DNA from: Acidimicrobiales bacterium
Lineage (GTDB): Bacteria; Actinomycetota; Acidimicrobiia; Acidimicrobiales; Iamiaceae
Assembly (NCBI GenBank): GCA_020439525.1
Contig: JAGQSL010000172.1
Coordinates: forward strand, 1 to 39,506
Reading direction: 5' to 3'
DNA: 39,506 nt
Shown here piece after piece: positions 9,918 through 19,688 of this stretch. Under the pieces are notes generated by a model. It ran no database searches and was not told the origin of the DNA. It saw only the letters and a program-made list of their open reading frames with translations. Position 1 is the stretch's first letter, and each line of letters starts with the position of its first letter. Both the position numbers and the translations under genes were made by a program.

Positions 9918-9928
9918 CACACTAGGAT
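9918..9928. promoter_or_regulatory. Putative bidirectional promoter with overlapping -10 elements
   Basis: TAGGAT on + (9923-9928), 7 nt before the TTG at 9936. TAGTGT on - (9924-9919). Lies in the gap between divergent genes. Confidence 0.5.
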
Positions 9929-9935
9929 CAGGGTC

Positions 9936-11201
9936 TTGAGGTCCCCGAGTCGCCGCCGCGCCGGGTCGACGCAGCCACGACGGCGTCCGGGCCGGGCGCA
10001 CCGGCCACGGACCGTCGCCTTCCTCAGCGACCTGCCCCACCACCAGGTCGACGGCCAGCTGCACGGCGCGACCCCCGTGGTGGCCCAGCTCGCCCGCTGG
10101 GGCGCCCTGTTCGACGAGCTGGTGGTGTGCAGCCCGCTCCTCCCGGGCCCCCCGCCGCCGGGCTTCTCGCCGCTTCCCGGTCGCGTCCGGTTCGAGGAGG
10201 TCCGAGCGGGCGGCGGCAACACCCGGATCGCCAAGCTCGGCCTGGTGGTCCGGATCCCCGGGTGGGCGTGGCGGACGCGGCGCCTGGCTCGGCGCGTCGA
10301 CGCGGTCGTCCTGCGCTGCCCGTCGAACGTCGCCGCGGTGGCGCTGCTCTCCACCTGGCGGGCCGTGCCGTTCCGGGCCGCGATCTACGCCGCCGCGTGG
10401 GAGGGCTACCCCGGCGAGCCTCGGCCGTACGCGCTCCAGCGAGGGATCCTGGCCAGCCGGTGGTTCGAGGGACCCACCCTCGTGTACGCCCAGGATCCCG
10501 ACGGGCATCGGCTCGAGCCGTCGTTCAGCCCGTCCCACGACCAGCGAGCCTGGGCCGCAGCAGCGCCGGCCGCCGAAGCGAGGGTGGCCCGGATCGCCAC
10601 GGCCCCACCCGAGGGGCCGTGGCAGCTGGTCGTGGTGGGGCGCCTCACCCCCAACAAGAACCAGGCCGTGGCGATCGAGGCGCTCGCGCTCCTCGTCGCC
10701 CGAGGCCTCGATGTGCGCCTCGAGGTGATCGGGACGGGCCCGCAGCGAGCGGCGCTCGAGGACCGGGCCCGCCGGCGAGGCGTCGCCGACCGCGTCGCCT
10801 TCCTGGGCGAGGTGGACCACGACGTCGTGCTCGAACGCCTGGCGGCGGCTGACCTCCAGCTGCTCCCCACGCGTCACGAGGGGTACGGCAAGGTGCTCCT
10901 GGAGGGCATGGTCGTGAGCGTCGTCCCCGTCCTGGCCGACGGGCCCGCCGCGGAGGAGATCGGTGGCGGCGGCCGCCGCGGGATCGTGGTGGATGCGTCG
11001 CGACCCGAGGCCTTCGCCTCCGCCGTGGCTGACCTGCTGGCGGATCGTCCTCGGTGGCATGCGATGGCGACCGAGGCGAGGGCCTACGCTGGGAGCCGCA
11101 CGGTCGAGTCGTTCGAGGCGCGGGTCCGCGAGGTGCTCGAAGGACACTGGGGGGTCCGCTTGCGGGATGTGGATGCTGAAGCCAGAGAAGGGCGCGCGTG
11201 A
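9936..11201 (+). CDS. Glycosyltransferase family 4
   Basis: VVGRLTPNKNQ, FLGEV, EGYGKVLLE (E-x7-E). Probably leaderless TTG start; start uncertain. Paralog of 23694..24905. Confidence 0.85.
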   Translation: MRSPSRRRAGSTQPRRRPGRAHRPRTVAFLSDLPHHQVDGQLHGATPVVAQLARWGALFDELVVCSPLLPGPPPPGFSPLPGRVRFEEVRAGGGNTRIAKLGLVVRIPGWAWRTRRLARRVDAVVLRCPSNVAAVALLSTWRAVPFRAAIYAAAWEGYPGEPRPYALQRGILASRWFEGPTLVYAQDPDGHRLEPSFSPSHDQRAWAAAAPAAEARVARIATAPPEGPWQLVVVGRLTPNKNQAVAIEALALLVARGLDVRLEVIGTGPQRAALEDRARRRGVADRVAFLGEVDHDVVLERLAAADLQLLPTRHEGYGKVLLEGMVVSVVPVLADGPAAEEIGGGGRRGIVVDASRPEAFASAVADLLADRPRWHAMATEARAYAGSRTVESFEARVREVLEGHWGVRLRDVDAEAREGRA

Positions 11202-12460
11202 GGTCGGTACGAAGGCGTCGAGAGGTCGATGAGCCCGATGGCCCGTCGTCGTTCCTCATCGTCACGCAGTACTTCGCCCCCGAGCGGGGGGCGGCGCAGG
11301 TCCGCCTGGCGGCGATCGCCCACGAGCTGACCCGCCGGGGCCACCGCGTCGAGGTGCTCACCGCCATCCCCAACTACCCCACCGGGCGCTGGTTCGAGGG
11401 CTGGCGGCGACGACTGATCCAAGAGCAGGTGGAGGACGGGCGCCGGGTGATCCGGCTCTGGATCTGGCCGGCGATCGGCAGCGGCATCGGCCGCTGGCTG
11501 AACCACCTCTCGTTCGCACTGCTGGCTCCCTTGGGGCTCCGGGCTGCCCGGCGGCCTGACTGGGTCTTCCTCGAGTACCCCGCCCTCCCCGCCGCGGTCC
11601 CCGTGCTGTGGTGGAGCCGGAGGCGCGGCGGTCGCGTCGCGGTCAACGTCGCCGACCTGTGGGTCGATGCCGCCATCGACGCCGAGGTGATCCCCGGTCG
11701 GCTGGCGACCGCGCTCGCGCAGCGCGTCGAGCGGTGGGCGCTCGACCGAGCCGATGTCGTCAACGCCGTGTCGGAGGGCGTCGCCGACGCCCTCGTGGCG
11801 AAGGGCGTGGGACGAGATCGGATCCGGTGGCTCCCGAACGGGGTGGACCCGGCGATGTTCCGACCGGGGCCGGTCCCCGACGGGGTGCGCGAGGAGCTCG
11901 GCCTGCCCGATGGGCACGACCTGGTGCTCTACGCCGGCACCCACGGCTTCGTGCACCAGCTCGACGTCGTCCTCGAGGCGGCGACCCAGCTGGCCGACCT
12001 GCCCGTGCTGGTGGTCTTGGTCGGCGACGGGTCCGAGCGCGAGCGCCTGGTGCGCCGGGCGGCGGCGCTCGGCCTCGCCAACGTGCGCTTCCTCCCGTCG
12101 GTGTCGCCGGAGCGCGTCGCGGCCTACCTGCGGGCGGCCTCGGTCGGGCTGGCGACGGTGCGAGCGGGAGCGGTCTACGAGTCCGTGCGATCGGCGAAGA
12201 TGCTGCCCGTGCTCGCGTCCGGGATCCCCCTCGTCTACGCCGCGTCCGACGAGGGCGCGGCGATCGTCGAGCGGATCGGTGCGGGGATCCGCACGCCTCC
12301 GGGCGACAGCGCAGCCATGGCTGAGGCCATCCGCACGCTCCTCGCCGATCCGGACCTCCGTCGGACGATGGGTGCCCGCGGTCGTGAGTACGCCGTGCAG
12401 GAGGGCGACTGGTCCGAGCTGGTGGGGTCGTGGGTCGAGAGCCTGCCGGTCGAGGGCTGA
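11198..12460 (+). CDS. Glycosyltransferase family 4, WbuB/WcaI-like
   Basis: TQYFAPE, LTAIPNYP, NVADLW, LPNGVD, LYAGTHG, VGDGSER, SAKML. GTGA overlap with the upstream gene. Confidence 0.9.
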   Translation: MRSVRRRREVDEPDGPSSFLIVTQYFAPERGAAQVRLAAIAHELTRRGHRVEVLTAIPNYPTGRWFEGWRRRLIQEQVEDGRRVIRLWIWPAIGSGIGRWLNHLSFALLAPLGLRAARRPDWVFLEYPALPAAVPVLWWSRRRGGRVAVNVADLWVDAAIDAEVIPGRLATALAQRVERWALDRADVVNAVSEGVADALVAKGVGRDRIRWLPNGVDPAMFRPGPVPDGVREELGLPDGHDLVLYAGTHGFVHQLDVVLEAATQLADLPVLVVLVGDGSERERLVRRAAALGLANVRFLPSVSPERVAAYLRAASVGLATVRAGAVYESVRSAKMLPVLASGIPLVYAASDEGAAIVERIGAGIRTPPGDSAAMAEAIRTLLADPDLRRTMGARGREYAVQEGDWSELVGSWVESLPVEG

Positions 12461-13077
12461 TGCCGGTCCGCGGCTACGAGCCCTCCGACCTGCGCGCCCT
12501 CGCCCACCTGCACCGCCGCGCCTTCCCCGGTTCGACCTTGGCGCGGCTCGGTCCCGACGTCGTGGCGCGCTACCTCGGCAGCCAGCTCGCCCTCGATGAG
12601 GTCGAGGGCTTGGTGGTCGGTCCCGTCGGCGAACCGGTGGCGGCGCTCGTGGGCGGACGCTTCGGCCGTGGCACGTCGCGGTTCGTGCGCGACCACGCCG
12701 GACTGCTGGTCGCGTCGGTCCTGCGCCATCCCTCGGTGCTCGTGCGGTCGCGCTCGAGCGTCGCCCGGCGCGTCGGGGCGAGCGCGCTCGTGCGCCGTCG
12801 CCGGGGCCCCGAGCGACCCGACCGGGTGCCCGAGGGCTCCTACGGCGTGCTCCTGCTCGCCGTCGATCCCGATCAGCAGCGACGTGGCCTGGGGCGGGTG
12901 CTCGTCGATGCTGCGGCAGGCTCGGCGCGCCGCCGAGGCCTCGACCGACTGCACCTCACCGTGGATCCCACCGACACGGCCGCTCGGAGCTTCTACGAAG
13001 GGCTCGGCTTCGTGCGCCTCGATCCGGACGGGGATGCGCCGCGAGCCTGGCTCCTGGGCAAGGATCTCGGGCCATGA
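12460..13077 (+). CDS. GNAT family N-acetyltransferase
   Basis: TGATG overlap. Acetyl-CoA motif A LAVDPDQQRRGLG and motif B AARSFYEGLGF. Confidence 0.88.
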   Translation: MPVRGYEPSDLRALAHLHRRAFPGSTLARLGPDVVARYLGSQLALDEVEGLVVGPVGEPVAALVGGRFGRGTSRFVRDHAGLLVASVLRHPSVLVRSRSSVARRVGASALVRRRRGPERPDRVPEGSYGVLLLAVDPDQQRRGLGRVLVDAAAGSARRRGLDRLHLTVDPTDTAARSFYEGLGFVRLDPDGDAPRAWLLGKDLGP

Positions 13078-14156
13078 CGGAATCGGGCCGAGCGGGGCGG
13101 GGATCGGGGCCGGCCTCGTCCGCGCGCCCGGTGCTGGGGTTCCTCGGGATCCACGCCGGGCATCGGACGGATCGCCCGGCGAGCCAAGACGAGACCGTGG
13201 CCGACCTCTTCGAGGCCGACGGCTTCGTGGTGCGCCGCGCGTCCTCCTGTCGCAACCGCCTGCTGCGCACCCTCGACCAGCTGGTGAGCGTGCTGCGGTG
13301 GCGCGACGTCGACGTCGTGGTGATCGCGGTGTTCTCGTGGCGCTCGTTCTGGATCGCGGACTTCGCGTCGGCGATCAGCCGGCGGATCCCCCGCCGCAAG
13401 GTCGTGCTGTTCCTGCACGGCGGTGAGCTCCCGGTCTTCGCCGACGCCCACCCTCGGCGGGTCCGGCGGGTCTTCGACCGCGCCGACCGGGTGCTGGCGC
13501 CCTCCCGCTTCCTCCGGGATGCGTTCGACGGCTGGGGCTACGACATCGGCATCGTCCCCAACGTGATCGCGTTCGAGCAGCACCAGTACCTGGCCCGGAC
13601 CGAGGCGCGCCCGCACCTGCTGTGGATGCGGGCGTTCCACCGCAACTACGGGCCGGTGATGGCCCTCGAGGTGCTGGCGCGGGTCCGCGAGCGGGTGCCG
13701 GCGGCGACCATGACGATGGGCGGCGTGGACCACGGGATGCTCGGCGAGGCGAAGCGGGCGGCGGCGCGGCTCGGCCTCGAGCAGGCGGTGGAGTTCCCCG
13801 GCTACCTCGACGGCCCCGCCCGCGCCGAGGCCTTCGCCCGCAGCGACCTCTTCTTGAACACGAACATCGTGGACAACACGCCCGTCAGCGTGATCGAGGC
13901 CGCGGCGTGCGGGCTGGTCCCGGTGGCCAACCGCATCGGTGGCGTGCCCGTCCTGCTCACCGACGACGTCGACTCCCGCCTGGTCGACGCCGGCGACGTC
14001 GACGCCATGGCGGACGCGATCGTGTCGCTGATCGAGGACCCCGAGACGTTCGCCCGGCTCTCGCTCGGGGCGCGAGCGCTCGCCATGTCCTATCGCTGGC
14101 AGGAGGTCCGAGGGCGCTGGCTCGAGGAGCTCGCCCACCCCGCCATCGGCTGGTGA
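13074..14156 (+). CDS. Glycosyltransferase family 4
   Basis: LHGGELP, VLAPSRFL, LLWMRAFH, DNTPVSVIEA (D-x7-E). ATGA overlap. Confidence 0.9.
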   Translation: MTESGRAGRGSGPASSARPVLGFLGIHAGHRTDRPASQDETVADLFEADGFVVRRASSCRNRLLRTLDQLVSVLRWRDVDVVVIAVFSWRSFWIADFASAISRRIPRRKVVLFLHGGELPVFADAHPRRVRRVFDRADRVLAPSRFLRDAFDGWGYDIGIVPNVIAFEQHQYLARTEARPHLLWMRAFHRNYGPVMALEVLARVRERVPAATMTMGGVDHGMLGEAKRAAARLGLEQAVEFPGYLDGPARAEAFARSDLFLNTNIVDNTPVSVIEAAACGLVPVANRIGGVPVLLTDDVDSRLVDAGDVDAMADAIVSLIEDPETFARLSLGARALAMSYRWQEVRGRWLEELAHPAIGW

Positions 14157-14212
14157 CCGCCGGCGGCCGGGCGCGGTTGCTCGCTGGCCGCCCGGTCCTC
14201 CATGATCGCTGC

Positions 14213-15328
14213 GTGGCAGCGGTCGAGCAGTCGGGGCGCCCGGTCGTGCAGGTGGTGGACTCGCTGCGCACGGGCGGAACCGAGCGCATGGCGGTCGACC
14301 TGTCGAACCTGCTCGCGGACCGGGGGTGGCAGGTGCACCTGGTCGCCACCCGCGAGGGCGGCCCGCTGCTCGACGACGTGGGCCCGGGGGTCGTGCTGCA
14401 CCAGCTCGCCCGGCGCTCGCGGTGGGACCTGGACGGGCTGCGGCGCTTCCGTCGGCTGCTGGCCGACCTGCAGCCGGTCGCGGTCCACACGCACGGCTGG
14501 TCGAGCCTGCAGTTCGCCTCGGCCGCGCTGGTCGGACGTCGCCGCGTGCCGCCGATCGTGCACCACGACCACGGGGCGGCGCGCTACCGGCGTCGCCCTC
14601 GACTGTTCAAGCTGGTGGCGTGGCCCTTCGTGCGCGCCCACCTCGCGGTCAGCCGCTCGCTGCTCGACCCGCCGCTGGTCACCCGGCGCCCGGCGTTCGC
14701 CGAGGTGGTCGTGAACGGCATCCCGCTCGATCGCATCGCACCGAAGGTCGAGTGGGATCGGTCGGATCCCGCGCGCCTCGTGTGCGTGGGCAACCTGCGG
14801 CAGCAGAAGGACCCCCTCGGAACGATCCGCGCCATCGAGATCTTGCGAGATCGCGGCCACCAGGTGACCCTGGACGTGATCGGGGCCACCCCCGAGCCCG
14901 AGCTCGAGGCGGCCTGTCGGGAGGCCGCCGCTCGCCTCGGGCCCGACGTGATCCGGTTCCTCGGGCGGCAGCCCGACGTGGGTCAGCGCCTCCGCGACTA
15001 CGACCTGGGGGTGATCGGCTCCCGGACCGAGTCCGGACCGATCGCGCTCATCGAGTACCTCGCGGCCGGTCTCCCGTTCGTGGCGACGGCGGTGGGCGAG
15101 GTCGTCGCCGAGCTGCCGCCGGACCTGGCCCGATGGACGGTCCCTCCGAGTGACCCGGTCGGCTTGGCCGATCGCATCGGGGAGGCGCTGGCGCTCGGCG
15201 AGGCCGAGCGGATGGCGCTGTCCGAGCGAGCGCGCGAGGTGGCCGGTGGGCTGTCGATGGACCGGGTCGGCGACGTGGTCGAAGGGGTGTACGAGCGGCT
15301 CGCGGCCGCCGATCGCCGCGCCCGCTAG
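14213..15328 (+). CDS. Glycosyltransferase family 4
   Basis: VDSLRTGGTERMAVDL, VHTHG, HHDHG, GNLRQQKD, ESGPIALIE. Start is either GTG 14213 (CATGAT 6 nt upstream) or coupled GTG 14153. Paralog of 7641..8789. Confidence 0.85.
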   Translation: MAAVEQSGRPVVQVVDSLRTGGTERMAVDLSNLLADRGWQVHLVATREGGPLLDDVGPGVVLHQLARRSRWDLDGLRRFRRLLADLQPVAVHTHGWSSLQFASAALVGRRRVPPIVHHDHGAARYRRRPRLFKLVAWPFVRAHLAVSRSLLDPPLVTRRPAFAEVVVNGIPLDRIAPKVEWDRSDPARLVCVGNLRQQKDPLGTIRAIEILRDRGHQVTLDVIGATPEPELEAACREAAARLGPDVIRFLGRQPDVGQRLRDYDLGVIGSRTESGPIALIEYLAAGLPFVATAVGEVVAELPPDLARWTVPPSDPVGLADRIGEALALGEAERMALSERAREVAGGLSMDRVGDVVEGVYERLAAADRRAR

Positions 15329-17022
15329 GTCGGGCGCAGGACCTTCACCATCCGGCCGGCCCACGCGTCGGTGCCGTCGCGCCGCCACCCGTGCTTCTCG
15401 TAGAACCGGATGGCGCGGTGGTTGTCGACGTCGACGGTCAGGTTCATGGCGGCGAACCCGCTGTGGCGGGCGTCTGCTTCGGCGGCCGCGAGGAGCTCCG
15501 ATGCGGCGCCCGTGCCCTGGTGGGAGGGTGCCACCGCGATGGACAGGATCCCGAAGCTCGCCCCCGCCGGGGCGCGGCCGGCATCGCCGGTCGGCGCGGC
15601 GGCGCCGGGCTGGGGGGCACGCCGACGGTTCGACCGCAGGGTGCCGACGACGGCTCGCAGCTTCGATGCGGCGATGCGGCGCACGAAGAGCGGGTGCGTG
15701 AGCGCGCCGAGGGCCAAGGTGCCCGGCGAGGTGCGCACGAAGCCGGTGACCGCCTCGCGGCGGGTGCCGCCGACCACGAACCCGATCAGCTCGCCGTCGC
15801 GCCAGGCGCCCAGGGCCACGGGGTGGGGGTGGGGGCCGGCGAACTGCCAGCGGTAGTAGCGGCGCACGACGTGCGGGCCGAGCCCCGTGAGGCCCGAGGT
15901 GGGGAACGCATCCACGTGGACGGCGGCCACGGCCGAGACGTCGGCCAGCCGCAGGGGAGCGCACCCGTCTCGGGGGGCGGGCTCGGGCGGCGCGCCGATC
16001 TCGCTCAGGACGGTCGTCCAGGCCCGGCGGACCTGCTCGGCGCCGTGGCGCTCGGCGATCGCCCGACCACCGGCGCGGAGGGTGGCGGCGAGCTCGGGCT
16101 GCTCGAGGATCTCGGCCATGGCCGTGGCCAGCGCGGCCGGGTCGCCATCGGGGACGAGCAGGGCGTCCCGCCCGCTCTGGGCGAGGTCGCGCAAGCCGCC
16201 GACGTCGGTGGCCACCACGGGGAGCCCAGCGCCCATCGCCTCGATCACCGACACGGGCGTGTTGTCGATGCTGGGCGTGTTGAGGAACAGGTCGTGCTCG
16301 CGCAGCGCTTCGGCCTTGTGCTCGCCCTCGAGGTAGCCCGGGTACCGGATGTGCGCGTCGACGCCGAGCTCGGCCGCCCGGCGGCGGGTGGCGTCGAGCA
16401 GGCCCCGGTCGGGCCCGGCCATCGTCAGCGTCGCCTGCGGATGGCGCTCGCGGAGCGCCGCGAACGCCGCCACGGCCAGCTCCGGCTGGTAGACCGCGTG
16501 GAAGGCGCGCATCCAGAGGATGCTCGGCGCGTCGAGGTCGACCGGTGGGTGGTCGGCGACGGTGATCGGGGCCCGCACCAGGTTGGGGATGATCGACACC
16601 TGGTGGCCGCGGTCGCGGAAGGCCCGCTCGAGGTAGGACGACGGCGCGAGGACCCGCGTGGTCAGCCGGAGGGTGGAATCGATCCGGTGCGGGTGGGCGG
16701 CCGCGGCCTGGGGGAGCGATCCGCCGCGCAGGACGAGGACCGTCGGGATGGCGGCCCGACGGGTGATCCGGGTCACGAGGAACGTCGTCCACGCCCGGCG
16801 ACCCGAGAACTGGCATGCGACCACCGCGTCGGCCCACCCGAGGTTGGCGACCACGAGGCGGAGCTGGTCGAGCAGGCGCAGGACCTGCCGGGGCTCGGCG
16901 CTCCCGGCGCGGACCTCGTAGCCGGCGTCGCGCAGGGTGCTGGCGATGATCTCGTTCTGGCTCTCGGGCGTGGCCCGGTCCGCCGAGCCGTGGAACCCGA
17001 CGAAGACGAGGTGCGCGCTCAC
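15325..17022 (-). CDS. Bifunctional GT4 glycosyltransferase / GNAT acetyltransferase fusion
   Basis: GTGA overlap with the upstream gene. N-terminal GT4 (ILWMRAFH, DNTPVSVIEA) continues without a stop into a GNAT (IAVAPSHQGTGAA, NHRAIRFYEKHGW). Confidence 0.88.
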   Translation of the reverse strand: MSAHLVFVGFHGSADRATPESQNEIIASTLRDAGYEVRAGSAEPRQVLRLLDQLRLVVANLGWADAVVACQFSGRRAWTTFLVTRITRRAAIPTVLVLRGGSLPQAAAAHPHRIDSTLRLTTRVLAPSSYLERAFRDRGHQVSIIPNLVRAPITVADHPPVDLDAPSILWMRAFHAVYQPELAVAAFAALRERHPQATLTMAGPDRGLLDATRRRAAELGVDAHIRYPGYLEGEHKAEALREHDLFLNTPSIDNTPVSVIEAMGAGLPVVATDVGGLRDLAQSGRDALLVPDGDPAALATAMAEILEQPELAATLRAGGRAIAERHGAEQVRRAWTTVLSEIGAPPEPAPRDGCAPLRLADVSAVAAVHVDAFPTSGLTGLGPHVVRRYYRWQFAGPHPHPVALGAWRDGELIGFVVGGTRREAVTGFVRTSPGTLALGALTHPLFVRRIAASKLRAVVGTLRSNRRRAPQPGAAAPTGDAGRAPAGASFGILSIAVAPSHQGTGAASELLAAAEADARHSGFAAMNLTVDVDNHRAIRFYEKHGWRRDGTDAWAGRMVKVLRPT

Positions 17023-18410
17023 GTCGCGCCGCGTCGGCCGATGGACGAGTCCACCAGGCGTCGCTTCCCCCACACGGTGCGCGCGATGGCGTCGACGCGC
17101 TCGTAGCGGATGTCGACGACGTGGCCGAGGCGCTCGCGCAGCTCGTGGTCGAGCTGGTGCTCCCGGGCGTCGTCGAAGGTCGCGTCGACCACGAGCAGGA
17201 CGTCGACGGCCGCCTCCTCGGCCTGGCGGATCTGCGCCTCGCGGATCCCGGGCACCCCCTGGAAGGCGAGGCTGAGGGGGGCCGGGCCCACCGATCGGCC
17301 GTCGGGGGTGACGACGTAGTCGTCGGCCCGGCCGAGCAGCTGGTCGACGACGGGGAGCTCCCGCCCGCACGGGCACCGGTGGTCGGGCGGTGCCATGCGG
17401 ATGACGTCGCCCGTGTCGTAGCGCAGCAGCGGCATGGCCCGGTTGAAGAGACCCGTGGCGATGAGCCGGTGCTCCTCGCCGTCGGTGGTGGTCGATTCGA
17501 CGACGCCGTACTCCGGGCTGACGTGCAGGCTCCCGTGACGGCACTCGGTGATGAAGGCGGCGAGCTCGCCCAGGCCGTAGCCGTCGTGGACCTTGCACCC
17601 GAAGGCCTGCTCGATGTCGGCGCGCATCCACGGGAAGAGGGTCTCGGAGCTGACCAGGACGGCCCGGGGGCGCACGACGCCGGCCAACCCGTGGCGGTTG
17701 ATGTGGTCGGCGAGCAGGTGGATGCTCGACACGTACCCGACGATCACCTCAGGTGCGAACCGCTCCAGGCGCTCGACGTAGGACGGCAGGTGCTCGTCGG
17801 TGAGGTGGTAGGCGGAGAGGTAGAGCTGGTTGAACGCCAGGTTGTGCCGCCAGAACGGTGGCTTCGCCTGCTCCACCGGCACTACCTTGCGCCCGTTGAT
17901 CGAGGCCATGCGATCGCCGAGCGCCACGCCGGCCCAGCGTCGGAAGCGCACCTCGTAGGTCGCGTAGGTGTACTGCATGGCGCTCGGCGTCACCCAGTAC
18001 CGCAGCGGGGTCCCGGTGGTGCCGCCCGTGGTCTGCGCGACCGGACGCTCGGCGAGGTCCGTCGGGCGGAACGATTCGGGATCCTGGCGGACCGTGTCCT
18101 TCTCGAGGACGGGCAGCGCGGCCAGGTCCTCGGGGCCCCGGATGTCGCTCGCCGCCAGGCCGAGCTGGTCGAAGAGCTTCCGGTAGTAGGGGACCTGGTC
18201 GACGCTGAACGACACCATGGCCCGCAGGCGGGCCGCCTGCAGCTCGGCGAGCTCGTCGGCCGAGAGCCACTGCCCCCGATCGACCTCGTCGCAGTAGTCG
18301 CGGAAGCGGCCGCCGTAGCGGAGCAGCCGCTCCTTCGCCCCGAACGCCGTGGCCATGGCGTTCTGCACGACGATCGGGCTGCGCCGGTACACGTCTTCCA
18401 GGCCAGGCAT
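17019..18410 (-). CDS. Phenylacetate-CoA ligase-like adenylate-forming enzyme (CapK-like)
   Basis: ANL superfamily motifs VPYYR, LPVLEK, TTGGTTGTP, DGYGLGE, MPLLRYDTGD, GRADD, and a C-terminal GKRR. Confidence 0.88.
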   Translation of the reverse strand: MPGLEDVYRRSPIVVQNAMATAFGAKERLLRYGGRFRDYCDEVDRGQWLSADELAELQAARLRAMVSFSVDQVPYYRKLFDQLGLAASDIRGPEDLAALPVLEKDTVRQDPESFRPTDLAERPVAQTTGGTTGTPLRYWVTPSAMQYTYATYEVRFRRWAGVALGDRMASINGRKVVPVEQAKPPFWRHNLAFNQLYLSAYHLTDEHLPSYVERLERFAPEVIVGYVSSIHLLADHINRHGLAGVVRPRAVLVSSETLFPWMRADIEQAFGCKVHDGYGLGELAAFITECRHGSLHVSPEYGVVESTTTDGEEHRLIATGLFNRAMPLLRYDTGDVIRMAPPDHRCPCGRELPVVDQLLGRADDYVVTPDGRSVGPAPLSLAFQGVPGIREAQIRQAEEAAVDVLLVVDATFDDAREHQLDHELRERLGHVVDIRYERVDAIARTVWGKRRLVDSSIGRRGAT

Positions 18411-18419
18411 CAGGGGCCG

Positions 18420-18426
18420 ATACTAT
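18420..18426. promoter_or_regulatory. Putative bidirectional promoter with overlapping -10 elements
   Basis: TACTAT on + (18421-18426) and TAGTAT on - (18425-18420) in the 48-bp divergent gap. SD GGAGG precedes GTG 18459. Confidence 0.55.
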
Positions 18427-18458
18427 GCGACGCAGCGGAGCTGAAGCCGGGGAGGGCT

Positions 18459-19688
18459 GTGCGCCTCGTCATCCTCACGCAGTACTACCGGCCCGAGACC
18501 GGCGCCCCGCAGAACCGACTGGCTGACCTCGCCCGTCGGGCTCGCGAGCGCGGCCACGAGGTGATCGTCCTCACCGCGATGCCGAACTACCCGAGCGGGA
18601 CCGTCCGGGCCGACCACCGGCGGCGCCTCGTGGCCAGCGACGAGATCGACGGCGTCCGGGTCCTGCGATCGTGGATCCACGGCCACCGCGGCCGCGGGAC
18701 CGTGCACCAGCTGCTGGCCTACGCCTCGTTCGCGGCATCGAGCCTGCTGACCGCCCCGTTCCGCGTCCGGCGGGCGGACGTGCTGCTGTGGGAGTCGCCG
18801 CCGCTGTTCCTGGCCCCGACGGCCGAGCTGCTCGCCCGGCGGATGCGGGCGCGCCTGGTGATGAACGTGAGCGACCTGTGGCCCGAGACGGCCATCGACC
18901 TGGGGATGATCCGCGGGCCGCGCCTCGTGCGCTTCTTCATGGCGATGGCCCGTCGCTCCTATCAGCGCTCCGACCTGGTGACCGGTCAGACCGAGGGCAT
19001 CCTGGAGGGGATCGAGGCGGTGGCCCCGGGGACGCCGACGTTGCTCGTGCCCAACGGCGTCGACTGCGAGCGCTTCGGGCCCCAGTCCCGCGACGAGGAG
19101 CTCGCCGCCCGGCTCGGCCTGGCTCCCGGGCGTCGCGTCGTCGCCTACGCCGGCAACTTCGGCCGGGCGCAGGCGCTCGAGCAGGTCGTCGCCGCCGCGC
19201 AACAGCTCCTCGCCGCTCGCGACGACCTCGTCGTGCTCCTCGTGGGCGATGGCCCCGTGAAGCCGGCGATCGTGGAGGCGGCCAGGGGGATCGATCCCGA
19301 CCGGCTCCTGCTGCGCCCGTCGGTGGATGCCGCCGAGATGCCGCGGCTGCTCGGCCTCATCGACGTCGCGGTCGTCCCGCTGGCCGACCAGCCCGTCTTC
19401 GAGGGGGCCCGGCCCTCCAAGATGTTCGAGCTCCTGGCTGCGGGGGTGCCGTTCGTGTTCTGCGGGCGGGGCGAGGGCGCCGACCTGGTGGTCGCCAGCG
19501 GGGCCGCTCGGGTGGTCCCGCCGCAGGCCCCCGACCAGCTGGCGGTCGCACTCGGCGAGCTCCTCGACCTCGATCGCGACGAGCGGGCCCAGATGGTCGA
19601 AGCCGGGCGGGCGTGGGTGCGCGAGCGCTTCGATCGGGAGGCGATCGGCGCCGCGGTCCTCGACCGGCTCGCCGAGCTGATCGCCTAG
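18459..19688 (+). CDS. Glycosyltransferase family 4, WbuB-like
   Basis: TQYYRPE, LTAMPNYP, ESPPLF, NVSDLWPE, YAGNFGRAQ, RPSKMFE. SD upstream. Paralog of 11198..12460. Confidence 0.9.
   Translation: MRLVILTQYYRPETGAPQNRLADLARRARERGHEVIVLTAMPNYPSGTVRADHRRRLVASDEIDGVRVLRSWIHGHRGRGTVHQLLAYASFAASSLLTAPFRVRRADVLLWESPPLFLAPTAELLARRMRARLVMNVSDLWPETAIDLGMIRGPRLVRFFMAMARRSYQRSDLVTGQTEGILEGIEAVAPGTPTLLVPNGVDCERFGPQSRDEELAARLGLAPGRRVVAYAGNFGRAQALEQVVAAAQQLLAARDDLVVLLVGDGPVKPAIVEAARGIDPDRLLLRPSVDAAEMPRLLGLIDVAVVPLADQPVFEGARPSKMFELLAAGVPFVFCGRGEGADLVVASGAARVVPPQAPDQLAVALGELLDLDRDERAQMVEAGRAWVRERFDREAIGAAVLDRLAELIA

Noticed and set aside
7641-11147. Apparent giant ORFs (1168 aa here; also 18671..22057, 19685..22774, 21924..24905, 17121..19688) suggesting multi-domain fusions
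   Set aside because: Only the C-terminal portions are protein-like. The extensions are R/P/G-rich read-through over other genes, and internal starts have overlap, SD or -10 support.
17019-18410. Phenylacetate catabolism (paaK)
   Set aside because: No other paa genes are present; coupling to a GT4-GNAT gene favours a CapK-like role.
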